The notes under the pieces: model-generated
What the model was told of the DNA's origin: nothing
Seen by the model: the letters and a program-made list of their open reading frames with translations, nothing else
Databases searched by the model: none
Source: a virus
IMG/VR virus record: IMGVR_UViG_3300045988_097776
Length of the DNA: 64,000 nucleotides
Direction: 5' to 3' (one strand)
Program-made: the position numbers and the translations under genes
Shown here: positions 23,342 through 32,711 of the stretch, one piece after another
Position numbering within the stretch: position 1 is the first letter of the stretch
How the letters are laid out: each line of letters opens with the position of its first letter

Positions 23342-24283
23342 TTAATTCTTGGATAATTCCTCTAATTCATGAACAATCAAATCTAACTGTTCGGCTTGGT
23401 CTGGAGTGCAATCTCCAACTTTTTTACCCTTGCCCAAAAATTTATCTACAATAGATGTAATTTTCCCAGCGTTAGATTGATTCTTAGACATAAGATCTCC
23501 AACCAGGTCGTTAAACTTACTCATTAATGTATCAAAGTCATAAGTTATATCCTCTGTTACAACTTGAGTTGCCTCGTTTGTAATATACTGTCCACTAGTT
23601 TCTTCTGCTTGTCTATCAATGGCGTTAGAAATTGCATTTACAAGATTATCATATGTAAATTCGATAGACTCTGGTACATACTTGAAACGAGAACCAGCAA
23701 CATACTGCGGAGTTCCACGCATAAAGAGTCTTGTTTCTGTTCCTCCAGATTCATTAGTAACAGAACGAGAATATCCGATAATATCACAAGTTCTCTCACA
23801 AATTAATCTTCCTCTATTATCCAAAGTAGGAACAATCTATGAGGCAATGTCTTCTCCTTTTGCGTTCTTTTCTGTCTTTGTTTTTGCGTGAGAAATAAGA
23901 ATAAGACCATAGTTAAGTTGTAGAATTTTACGAATCGCTTCGTCAAACTCTGAACTTACAAGCGCATACCCTTTTCCATAAGGAATATCACCAATAGTAT
24001 CGACGCCTTCTCTGCTACAAATAAATTTTTCACAGTATCCGTACGCAATGTCTGCGGTATCAATTACAATAGTTTGAAATTTTTCTTGCACTTCTGGAGT
24101 TTTTAATTCACTAAACAGTTTCTTAAATTCGCCCCAGCTATTAATTGGCTAGGCGTATACTCCAGGTAATGCATTATAGCCTTTCTCAAAAGCAAGTAAA
24201 AGTGCTTTTGGAAACTTGCTTGCGATAGTGGTTTTACCACTCTTTGGCGGGTGAGCGGATAACCCCGGACTATATCTTATCAT
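23342..24283 (-). CDS. AAA_24 / Sak4-like RecA-fold ATPase (recombination or annealing-associated)
   Basis: ORFs 23342..23824 and 23837..24091 are joined by TAG 23837. Upstream extension through TAG 24149 gives MIRYSPGLSAHPPKSGKTTIASKFPKALLLAFEKGYNAL. Confidence 0.5.
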
Positions 24284-24368
24284 ACTTATAAAGTACGATC
24301 TCAGCGCTTCGAATGGTGCTTATCTCCATTCTACTCTACTCACTCTATTATAGGTTTTCGATAGTCTC

Positions 24369-24854
24369 TTAACCTTCCTCTTGTTTGAGGCTTGGCACAG
24401 GATTGCCGTTAGCTGTTTCCCTGTTAGCAAAATTATTAGCAGGCATTTCCTCCTGGTCTTGATTTAACTTAATATCTCCACTATGGATTTGACGATGGCA
24501 ATTTGCACATACTAATATACACTTATCTATTTCTATTTTTACTTTATCCCATTTGACGGTAGATGTCTTATCCCCTAAAGAGAAATCTTTTAAATTAGGA
24601 TCTTTATGGTGAAAATCATATACTGATAAAGGATATGATTTTCCACAACATTCACATTTATCTCCTTTATATTCAACAGCTTTCTTCTTTATTAACCTTC
24701 GTATTAAAGCTGCATCATTACTTCTACCATCTGGTATACATTCATAACAACTTTTTCTAATTACAGAAGTATCTCTGTAATATTGAAATTGTTTTCCACA
24801 ATACTGACAAGTGCAAGTTATCCATCCCGGATTTGAAATTTTCCCTTTTGGCAT
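24369..24854 (-). CDS. HNH endonuclease
   Basis: FHHKDPNLKDF...CANCHRQIH, with a Cys-rich N-terminus. Confidence 0.65.
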   Translation of the reverse strand: MPKGKISNPGWITCTCQYCGKQFQYYRDTSVIRKSCYECIPDGRSNDAALIRRLIKKKAVEYKGDKCECCGKSYPLSVYDFHHKDPNLKDFSLGDKTSTVKWDKVKIEIDKCILVCANCHRQIHSGDIKLNQDQEEMPANNFANRETANGNPVPSLKQEEG

Positions 24855-25097
24855 TTTATAGCCCTCCTTTTTCTTTTCTACTATTATTGAAAATAGGAAA
24901 GGGAAAATTGAAAAAGTTTAACCAATTAATTTTACACCTATTAAGCAATAGTTCACTGAGTTAGGTGACCCATATTAGCTAACGATTAATCACCATAAAA
25001 GAATACTGAATAACCTCTTAAATCTCTCGATACTTCATGAGGTTTAATATCTAACAAACTCATTTATATTCGCTCCTTATCAAAATATTTAGGGGAA

Positions 25098-25125
25098 AAG
25101 GGAGATAAACTCCCTTTTCTTAGAA
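25098..25125 (-). terminator. terminator hairpin
   Basis: GGGGAAAAGGGAG ataaa CTCCCTTTTC. Confidence 0.5.
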
Positions 25126-26076
25126 TTTATATTCTCCCTTTGCAGGAGCAGCAGTAGATGCTCCACTTAGAGCATTACCCTTTGTTGCTTGATACTCATC
25201 TTGACGCTTTTTAATCTCAGCAAGAGTAACCTCACGCGCGGCCATCTTTTCATTAAGCTCAGATACGAGAAGAGTTTCCTCACTATCCCATTCATAAATG
25301 TCAGGCTGTGCCCAGTTAATTACAAAATCACGCTGAGAGTTACGGACTTCTTTTACTCTGGAGTCGCCAAAAGCGCTCTCTTCCTCAACTTTACGAACTA
25401 CAGTCTTAGATACTTGAATTCCCTGCACTCTAGTAAAGACAGGAGAGCTAGAAGTGGCTCCCAAATTCTCGAAGTAATCCAAAGCCTTTTCCGGTGCATA
25501 TGGAGCATATACACTAAACTCAACAGGAAGAAGTGCTCCACGGAAATCAAATACGCATCCCTTTACAGTAACCTTCTCAGGAAGATCACGCTCTTCATCT
25601 GCTTCTGCGCGCAATACTCCTGTAATTACCATATCGACATCAAAAGTAGCACGATTCTTCTCTTCTGCCAGCTCTTGAGTTACATGGACGAATCCGCCCT
25701 CATTTCTCTTGACACTTACAAGAGGGTGACCATTAGTATTATTATCATACCACTCATTTAGCCCAATAGCGGAATCAACGCGAATCTTTCCTGCGTTTTC
25801 CTTACCATGCTCCATTACGGAACCAATCTTTCCATCAATGATATTCAAAAGAACTCCATAGGTTGAATTTGCTTTACCATTCTTGGTTGTCTCAGTTACA
25901 TAGCTAAAATGAACATCAACAACATTCAGCATATCATCGTCCGTGGCAATTCTCAAGATACCATTAATAAATTCGGTTCCAGGATTTTTAGAGTTCTCTC
26001 CAGAAACCTTCTTTTCAAGTTTATGTTCATAGACATACCCTTCGATGTGAGTGTTATTAATCATTTTCTTGCTCAT
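25120..26076 (-). CDS. hypothetical protein (possible ssDNA-binding protein given replication-gene context)
   Basis: 318 aa with an acidic C-terminal region ending GEYKF. Confidence 0.4.
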   Translation of the reverse strand: MSKKMINNTHIEGYVYEHKLEKKVSGENSKNPGTEFINGILRIATDDDMLNVVDVHFSYVTETTKNGKANSTYGVLLNIIDGKIGSVMEHGKENAGKIRVDSAIGLNEWYDNNTNGHPLVSVKRNEGGFVHVTQELAEEKNRATFDVDMVITGVLRAEADEERDLPEKVTVKGCVFDFRGALLPVEFSVYAPYAPEKALDYFENLGATSSSPVFTRVQGIQVSKTVVRKVEEESAFGDSRVKEVRNSQRDFVINWAQPDIYEWDSEETLLVSELNEKMAAREVTLAEIKKRQDEYQATKGNALSGASTAAPAKGEYKF

Positions 26077-26458
26077 TACTTAATTCTCCTTTATATTTCT
26101 CAATATCAAAGTTTTTACCTTTTTCTGTCAGGGTATAGACAACAGGGTTAGAACCAAATTTTTCTACGAAACCATCTGACACTAATTTTCTGATTGAGCC
26201 AGATACTTTTCTTGAGGAAATCTCCATTCCATCTGCAATATCCTTTGCTTTTAAGGATTTCGCCTCATGTTTTTGAAGATGTTCAAGAATTTGTAATCCA
26301 GTTTCTGTAAAGAGAGGTTTCTCAACCTGCATATCTTGCTGTGAGCGAAGAATATTATAAAATTCTTGCACTTCATCTGGAATAGTGATTGGCTCTTGGT
26401 AATTAGCTACAAGCCAATCAAAATAATCTAAAAAGTTTTTACATTTACTCATAATCAT
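26057..26458 (-). CDS. winged-helix DNA-binding protein
   Basis: MarR/wHTH-like segment ISSRKVSGSIRKLVSDGFVEK. Confidence 0.45.
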   Translation of the reverse strand: MIMSKCKNFLDYFDWLVANYQEPITIPDEVQEFYNILRSQQDMQVEKPLFTETGLQILEHLQKHEAKSLKAKDIADGMEISSRKVSGSIRKLVSDGFVEKFGSNPVVYTLTEKGKNFDIEKYKGELSNEQEND

Positions 26459-26505
26459 TTCCTCTTTATTTTATATACATATAATAACATATAAAATAAA
26501 GATTG

Positions 26506-27132
26506 TCAATCAGGAGTAATATCATCAAAAATTACAGGAATCTTTTCCTTGACTTTATTCAAACCGAGGATTGCAACTTCTCTCATTTGTGGATGCGCGG
26601 CTGGAGAGCAACGAAGCTTGAAGAAATGTCGCCACTCACGCAAGTCCGCAGTCATAACTACCTCAGTTTTTAAACTATTAGGCAGAACTGCTCTTGCTTC
26701 TTGTGGAGTGCAGCCTTCGAACAAAAGCTCAAAATATTTTTTTTCAGATTCCGCACAAGACATTTCCCATAGTATATATTTTGAACTATTTGGTTCAAGA
26801 TAACAAGGTTCAATTACCGTAATTTCATTTCCAAATCCATCTTTTGAGTAATTACAATATCTCGTAGATTCCTAACAATAAGCTGCCAATCTATGGCGTA
26901 CAATTTCATGACTTACGCCTCTATCGCAAATAAATTTAAGGGTAAAAGAACAATGCTCAAGAACCGCCTCATGGCCTCTCTTGATAATATTCTATACGAA
27001 TTTTACAGCGCTATCTTCTGTAATTTTATCCTCGGATTTATAACATACTCTACCACACTATTCAATTCGTTTAAGGATTGTTTCACCATCAATAGGTGTA
27101 ATAAGTTCAACATCTGGCTTAATAATCTTCAT
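26506..27132 (-). CDS. thyX: flavin-dependent thymidylate synthase ThyX (3 in-frame TAGs)
   Basis: Minus-strand translation from ATG 27130-27132 reads HEAVLEH...RHRLAAYCQESTRY...ARAVLPNSLKTEVVMTADLREWRHFFKLR. Confidence 0.7.
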
Positions 27133-27134
27133 AA

Positions 27135-27413
27135 TTATTCCTCACTTAAATTATATCCAATAAGTTTCATAGAAGGGTTTATCAATCGCAATAATGTTTC
27201 TGCTTCATCTATTACAATCTTATCCTTCATTCCTCTGCTGTGATTTAAATATTCTGAATAATTCATAAATCTAAGTCCAATAATTCCATAACTTTCCGCT
27301 TTACTTCTCATTGAGTGAGGGTTACTACATACGAATATAGCATTATTATCCTTAGCGTATTGCATTAACTGATAAGTTTTTCCAGTGCATCTATCACCAA
27401 TAATTCTAAACAT
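27135..27413 (-). CDS. hypothetical P-loop-like small protein
   Basis: Contains GDRCTGKT. Confidence 0.4.
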   Translation of the reverse strand: MFRIIGDRCTGKTYQLMQYAKDNNAIFVCSNPHSMRSKAESYGIIGLRFMNYSEYLNHSRGMKDKIVIDEAETLLRLINPSMKLIGYNLSEE

Positions 27414-28324
27414 TAAGCTCCTCCTTTAGTTCCATTAAGACCTAATTCTTTAGTCTTATAGAACTCAATCCAATAGGTTTCTCTCTCGTTTAGTTTGTCT
27501 CTGGTTACTTCTTCTAAGACTTCAAACACGAAATTATGAACCCCAGATTTCTGCATAGCAGAGTATAACTTATTAGTTACCTTTCCATAGGTTAAAGCAG
27601 ATTTAATATGCTATCTAAATCGTTCTTTTATATCAACCGATTGTCCAATATAGGACTTGCCTGTAGTTAAATCAGTTATTCTATAGATACCGCAATATTT
27701 AACTGCCTTGGGAAACAAATGGGCCATTAAAATATCATAAGCTGGCTTATAATATACTTCCCATATTAGTTTATCTATACTTTCTTTCTTTACAAATCTT
27801 GGTTGTAATTCGCGCAATAACGTAATATCATTAATATCTATTTCATCAAGAGCAAGACGATAATAATCTTGATTAGAGTCAATTTCTTCCTATCTCTATT
27901 TGGCCTAAATATAGGAAAGCTACTTAGCCTATAAATCAGCTAATTTCCCGGCTTCAATAGAAATTTTCTTTAGCAAATCTTGATTTTTAGCATCAAAAGT
28001 CAAAGAAAGTTCCTATTCTTTTTCTTTGTAGGATTTTACAAGTGCGGAGACGCGTGCCCAATAGGCTTCATCAGCTTGTTTCTAAGCACTTTCCCGCATT
28101 TCTTCCTAAGATTTTAATAAAGAAGAAAGAATATCGTTCTCAAATGTTATATTATTTTTTATGTTAGATAACACTTCTCTATTATGTGCTATTTCTTTTT
28201 CTATTTCAGCGTTTTTTCTTTGATTATCTGTGTTAATCTAAACTACTTCAAGGGTTTGCTTTTTGAGATAATAGATATAAATTATTAACCCGATTATAGC
28301 TATTAATAATAATCCTATAATCAT
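27413..28324 (-). CDS. membrane-anchored coiled-coil protein with C-terminal GIY-YIG nuclease domain (about 10 in-frame TAGs)
   Basis: One frame from ATG 28322-28324: MIIGLLLIAIIGLIIYIYY, a coiled coil, then KYCGIYRITDLTTGKSYIGQSVDIKERFRQH...ETYWIEFYK. Stop TAA 27413-27415. Confidence 0.5.
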
Positions 28325-28334
28325 AATTAAAAAA

Positions 28335-28360
28335 TCGGGAAGAGTTAAAACTCTTCCCGA
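28335..28360 (-). terminator. rho-independent terminator
   Basis: TCGGGAAGAGTT aaaa CTCTTCCCGA, with an A-run on plus (T-run on minus). Confidence 0.6.
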
Positions 28361-28366
28361 TAGACA

Positions 28367-28633
28367 TTACTCTTGTGCGTCGGGATCTAGATCAAGACCA
28401 CTCTGGGTAAGACGAAGATACTTTACCTTCTGATGGGAACCATCCTCAAGAGTTACTTCATCGGGAACGCGCTCGCCCAATCCCTTGCGCTGGAACGCAG
28501 AAGTAAAGATACCATCAACTTGACGCTTCTCAAGACCGAGAGCTTCAGCAACATCTGCGGCTGTCAAATTAGTATCATTGTTTTCCTTTAAATAATCTAA
28601 AACCTTACGAGTATTTTCTTTCATAGCTGCCAT
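28367..28633 (-). CDS. hypothetical protein (locally GC-richer gene, no TAG)
   Basis: ORF. Confidence 0.5.
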   Translation of the reverse strand: MAAMKENTRKVLDYLKENNDTNLTAADVAEALGLEKRQVDGIFTSAFQRKGLGERVPDEVTLEDGSHQKVKYLRLTQSGLDLDPDAQE

Positions 28634-28663
28634 AATTAGACATTCTCCTTTAAAATATATTAT

Positions 28664-28870
28664 TTATTGTTGTGTTGCTAAATCTTGAACCATAACATCA
28701 ATTTCTAGCAAAATATTTATCCCGTCATTCAATGCCATAATCTAATTAGTGATTTGCATAATTCGATTTTCAGCCCGGGATTTTTCCTCTTTTGAGGAAG
28801 ATTCATTTTGGTGAATTTGCTCACACTAATATAGTTCTTTAGCGAGCTTTTTCATCTATTTTCGGGTCAT
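28664..28870 (-). CDS. small hypothetical protein (3 in-frame TAGs)
   Basis: MTRKQMKKLAKELYQCEQIHQNE. It sits behind a TTGACA, 17-nt spacer, TATTAT promoter. Confidence 0.3.
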
Positions 28871-28905
28871 ATAATTTCTATCCTTTATCCCTGAATTACA
28901 AATAT

Positions 28906-28934
28906 ATAATACAATAATTTTATTTTAGTGTCAA
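28906..28934 (-). promoter_or_regulatory. sigma-70-like promoter (TTGACA, 17-nt spacer, TATTAT)
   Basis: Minus-strand TTGACACTAAAATAAAATTATTGTATTAT. Confidence 0.5.
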
Positions 28935-28940
28935 ACAGAT

Positions 28941-30029
28941 TTATTTAAAAATTTCATCTATGAGACAGTCTTTAGCATCCTTATCATCCCTCATACATTT
29001 GAAAACAGGGTGTCGTAGGGTATGATCTTTTCTATTGATGGACATACAATCAAGAGCTACTACGTGTCCAACAAAGTTTCCTGGAAACTCTGTCATTAGC
29101 CTTTTCATATCATCCGTAATACCTGAGCTAACTGTGCCAAGATCAACTAAATTATTATCATTATCGTATGCTCCAATTTTAATAGCTGATTTCCAGCCAT
29201 TATAATAGTATTTAGTTATTGGAACATACCCTTCCGTGATTAAGTCTCCTTTAGGTACAGCATCAATAAAATCACATAGCTCACCATCAGGACTTTCCCA
29301 ATATGGCCATGTATCTAGCTCTTTCCCAGTGTATTCCTTTGTTGGAGGACAGAGACCTGTGCAAACTAAATCAATAGAATCCATTTGTTTGACTTTTACT
29401 GTAGACCAAGCTGGACGTTTACCCGGAGTATATGGATAATCCTTTTTCTTTAAAACAGCTCCTTCTCCTCCAGAGTTTAAGATTTTAGAAATCTCTTCTT
29501 CAAGATTTTCAGTAATCTTTAGAGCCAATTTCAAGAAATCATATTGAGATAAATTATGTCTATTCCATACACCAGTAAGAATCTTATATCTATCTTCTGC
29601 GCCCAGATTAATTAAGTTAATTCCATCATACTCAATTATATCATGTATATAATAATGAATTGGATTATTTGCTTGTCTTTTAACAGCTAGTTCTGGTAAA
29701 CATCCCATAACAGTTGTTACTGTTTTAGAAGTACACCCAGGGTAATATATTTCTCCTATTAAAATTGTATTAGGAGGCATACAATCAAGAGCTTCCATAA
29801 TATGGGGAACATTAGCTCCTTTTTCGGAGAGCAGCCCTGTTGTGGTACTGGTATTTCGCGAAAAAAGATAGCTATAATTCTCTGTTTTTTCATACTCATA
29901 CCAATAGCCGTCAATCTTTTCTTCTAGGAAGTAGTCTCCAGACTGGCAAATTTCTGAAAGCATAGATTCTTTTCCAGAAGGAAGTTTCCATACCTTCATT
30001 GCATCTATCATTTTAGCTTCAGGATACAT
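28941..30029 (-). CDS. ATP-dependent DNA ligase
   Basis: Motif I EEKIDGYW (KxDG) in a 362-aa protein. Confidence 0.7.
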   Translation of the reverse strand: MYPEAKMIDAMKVWKLPSGKESMLSEICQSGDYFLEEKIDGYWYEYEKTENYSYLFSRNTSTTTGLLSEKGANVPHIMEALDCMPPNTILIGEIYYPGCTSKTVTTVMGCLPELAVKRQANNPIHYYIHDIIEYDGINLINLGAEDRYKILTGVWNRHNLSQYDFLKLALKITENLEEEISKILNSGGEGAVLKKKDYPYTPGKRPAWSTVKVKQMDSIDLVCTGLCPPTKEYTGKELDTWPYWESPDGELCDFIDAVPKGDLITEGYVPITKYYYNGWKSAIKIGAYDNDNNLVDLGTVSSGITDDMKRLMTEFPGNFVGHVVALDCMSINRKDHTLRHPVFKCMRDDKDAKDCLIDEIFK

Positions 30030-30225
30030 TAATCAAACTCCTCATAATAAACATACACTCCCAAAAACGCCCCGATAGGAATTGCGTAGAGGAGTATAAA
30101 CCAAACACTAACTTTAATCATTAGAATAAGTGGTAATGCAATAGAAATCATTATTACAAATAATATAACAATACCCGCTAGAGCAAAGAGAGCAATCTTT
30201 TTTTAATTTATCTCTATCGTCCATA
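30029..30225 (-). CDS. small two-TM membrane protein interrupted at an A7/T7 homopolymer (frameshift or slippage)
   Basis: ATG 30223-30225 gives MDDRDKLKK. Removing one base of the T-run at 30199-30205 yields ...IALFALAGIVILFVIMISIALPLILMIKVSVWFILLYAIPIGAFLGVYVYYEEFD. Confidence 0.35.
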
Positions 30226-30330
30226 CTATAACCTTTCTTATTATAATATTACTTTTATTATATATAATATTATATTCTTATTAAAAATAAAAGTCAACTA
30301 AAGATAAGAGTAGCAAAGCTACTCTTATCT

Positions 30331-32694
30331 TTAAATCTTAGATGTTGAAATTATTTGCTCATTATCTTTCAGCATAATATTTCCCATAGAAGTTCTATTT
30401 AACAAAGGAAAATCTGACACTTTAATAACTATAGAAGTTTTATTTCCAGAAATTAAAATCAGATCATCATCATTCACTAACTCTGCACCCGAGATAGCAC
30501 CTTTATAACAGGAGATGCCCTTTCCTCCACGGTTTTGCAATGTAAATTCTTTTAACTCAACCTTTTTTCCTAATCCGTTAGAAGAAACAATAGCCAAATA
30601 TTTAGATTGGTCGATAGGCAATGCTGCAATTACATAATCATCTTCTGCAACATTCATGCCCTTAACTCCTTGCGCGGTTCTGGAAGAAATTGGCATTTCC
30701 GCAGTTGGGAATCTAATAACCATACCATTCTTTGTAACTAACATCATTTCCTCTTGATTGATAAATGTGATTGAAGAAAGCTCGTCGTTTTCTTTTAGCT
30801 TAATAGCAACGATACCGGTTCTCTTCATTGCATCATACTCTTCTAAGGGAACCTTTTTAATAATTCCTCGTTTTGTAGCAAAGAATATAAACTTTTTATC
30901 TGTATCTCTTGCTAAAGTAGTATAAGCAATAGGAACTTCATTATCTTCAAATTCAATAATTGCTGATAACGGAGTGCCAACAGAAGTATTAGTTCCCTCG
31001 GGAATATTATCAACAAGGACACGATACATTTTTCCTTTTGAAGAAAAGACCATCAACATATCTTGTGTATTGGTTTTTTGTGAAAATACTGTAATATCTC
31101 CATTGGTCTTTACCCCAGTAGTATTTCTCTTCTGAGACTTAAAATTCTTTATATCTATTCTTTTTACGGTATTCTTTTTTGTTACTATTACCATACAGTC
31201 TTTGGCTTCTACTACTACTTGCTCTTTCTCAGCCTTAGGAATATCGGTATTTAGAAGTTTTGTTCTTCTGGCATCACCATATTTATCTCGAAGTTCTTTA
31301 ATTTTAGCAGTAAGTTTAAGATTTCTAACTTCTTGCTTTGTTAGAATTTCTACACATTGAGCAATAAAACTTCTCTTTTCTTGAAGCTCATTTATTAATT
31401 CATCCTTATCAATTCTTGTAAGTTTTCCTAATTTCATATCCAAGATGGCACCAGCTTGAATATCATCAACAGATAAGAACTCAATCAACTTTGCTTTCGC
31501 ATCTGCCCTTCCCGCAGACTGCTTAATTAAACTGATTACTTCATCAATTTTATCAACTGCGGCGATTAGCCCTTCAAGAACGTGTGCTCTTGCTTCGGCT
31601 TTCTCTTTATCAAATTTAGTAGCGCTAATTAATACAGTCTCTTGATGTTTAATGTATTCTTTAAGCAAATCCAGCATTGAGCATAATTTAGGAGTTCCAT
31701 TTACAATATAATTCATATTGTATGATAGAGTAGATTGTAAATCAGTTAGCAGGAATAAGGTATTAAGAGCTTTAGAAACAGATACACCAGATTTTATATG
31801 GAATACTAACTTATTTTGCCCAATATTGGATTCATCATCGAAATCATCCAATAGCTCACTAAATGTGTCTATATTCTTTTCAATTTGCTCCTTTATCTTG
31901 TTTCTGTAAGTTCGATAAGGGATACTTGTAAAGGTAATTGTTTGCCCATCTATCTCATAGTCGCCTTGAATTTTAAGAGAGATTTTTGATTTTCCAGTTT
32001 CAAATGCGGACTTTATATCTTTGATATTTAGGACAGTTCCGCCAAGAGGGAAATCTGGCCCGGGCATATAAGAAAGCAATTCATCAATAGTAAGATCGCC
32101 CTTTTCGATTAGAGCAATGGCTGCGTTACATACCTCTGTTAAATTATGCGGGGCTGAATTATGCGCCATAGAAATTCCGATAGCTTGTCGTCCGTTACAG
32201 ATAGCATTAGGAAATAAAGAAGGAAGAACTACAGGTTCCATAAATTCTCCATTATAAGTTTCTTTAACTGGAACGACTTCCTTCTTGTAGTCATTCATCA
32301 TTAAATCAGCAAATAATGAAGGTTTAGCCTCTGTATAACGAGAGGATGAAAACATATCATTATTTTCTTGAGTTCCCAGTTGCCCCTGACCTGTAATCAG
32401 TGGGTATCTCATTAAAAATGATTGAGCCATTTTTCTCAAAACGCCATAGCAAGCTATATCACCATGGAAGTAAGATGTTGCAAGAGTAGAGCCAACAATA
32501 GCATTACACTTTTTTGTTTTACTCTTATTATCCATCTTTAAATAATCTTCCATAGTCCAAAGAATTTTTCTTTGGGCGCTTAGAAGTCCATCTTCTGCGG
32601 CTGGGATAGCTCTATCAGTAAGAACCTCTTCTGCATAAGTTAAGAAGTTTTCTTTAGCTTCATCAAGAATATCAACTTCAGTAATTAAACTCAT
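30331..32694 (-). CDS. type IIA DNA topoisomerase, GyrA/ParC-like subunit
   Basis: AEDGLLSAQRKILW region in a 787-aa protein. Confidence 0.85.
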   Translation of the reverse strand: MSLITEVDILDEAKENFLTYAEEVLTDRAIPAAEDGLLSAQRKILWTMEDYLKMDNKSKTKKCNAIVGSTLATSYFHGDIACYGVLRKMAQSFLMRYPLITGQGQLGTQENNDMFSSSRYTEAKPSLFADLMMNDYKKEVVPVKETYNGEFMEPVVLPSLFPNAICNGRQAIGISMAHNSAPHNLTEVCNAAIALIEKGDLTIDELLSYMPGPDFPLGGTVLNIKDIKSAFETGKSKISLKIQGDYEIDGQTITFTSIPYRTYRNKIKEQIEKNIDTFSELLDDFDDESNIGQNKLVFHIKSGVSVSKALNTLFLLTDLQSTLSYNMNYIVNGTPKLCSMLDLLKEYIKHQETVLISATKFDKEKAEARAHVLEGLIAAVDKIDEVISLIKQSAGRADAKAKLIEFLSVDDIQAGAILDMKLGKLTRIDKDELINELQEKRSFIAQCVEILTKQEVRNLKLTAKIKELRDKYGDARRTKLLNTDIPKAEKEQVVVEAKDCMVIVTKKNTVKRIDIKNFKSQKRNTTGVKTNGDITVFSQKTNTQDMLMVFSSKGKMYRVLVDNIPEGTNTSVGTPLSAIIEFEDNEVPIAYTTLARDTDKKFIFFATKRGIIKKVPLEEYDAMKRTGIVAIKLKENDELSSITFINQEEMMLVTKNGMVIRFPTAEMPISSRTAQGVKGMNVAEDDYVIAALPIDQSKYLAIVSSNGLGKKVELKEFTLQNRGGKGISCYKGAISGAELVNDDDLILISGNKTSIVIKVSDFPLLNRTSMGNIMLKDNEQIISTSKI

Positions 32695-32711
32695 TATTCC
32701 ACCACCATCAT

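Noticed and set aside
24855-25097. 25-codon ORF with good RBS (MSLLDIKPHEVSRDLRGYSVFFYGD) in the HNH-SSB intergenic region
   Set aside because: It is too short and unsupported, and may just be leader sequence.
25189-25761. 190-aa plus-strand ORF
   Set aside because: It is antisense to gene 25120-26076 and has no RBS.
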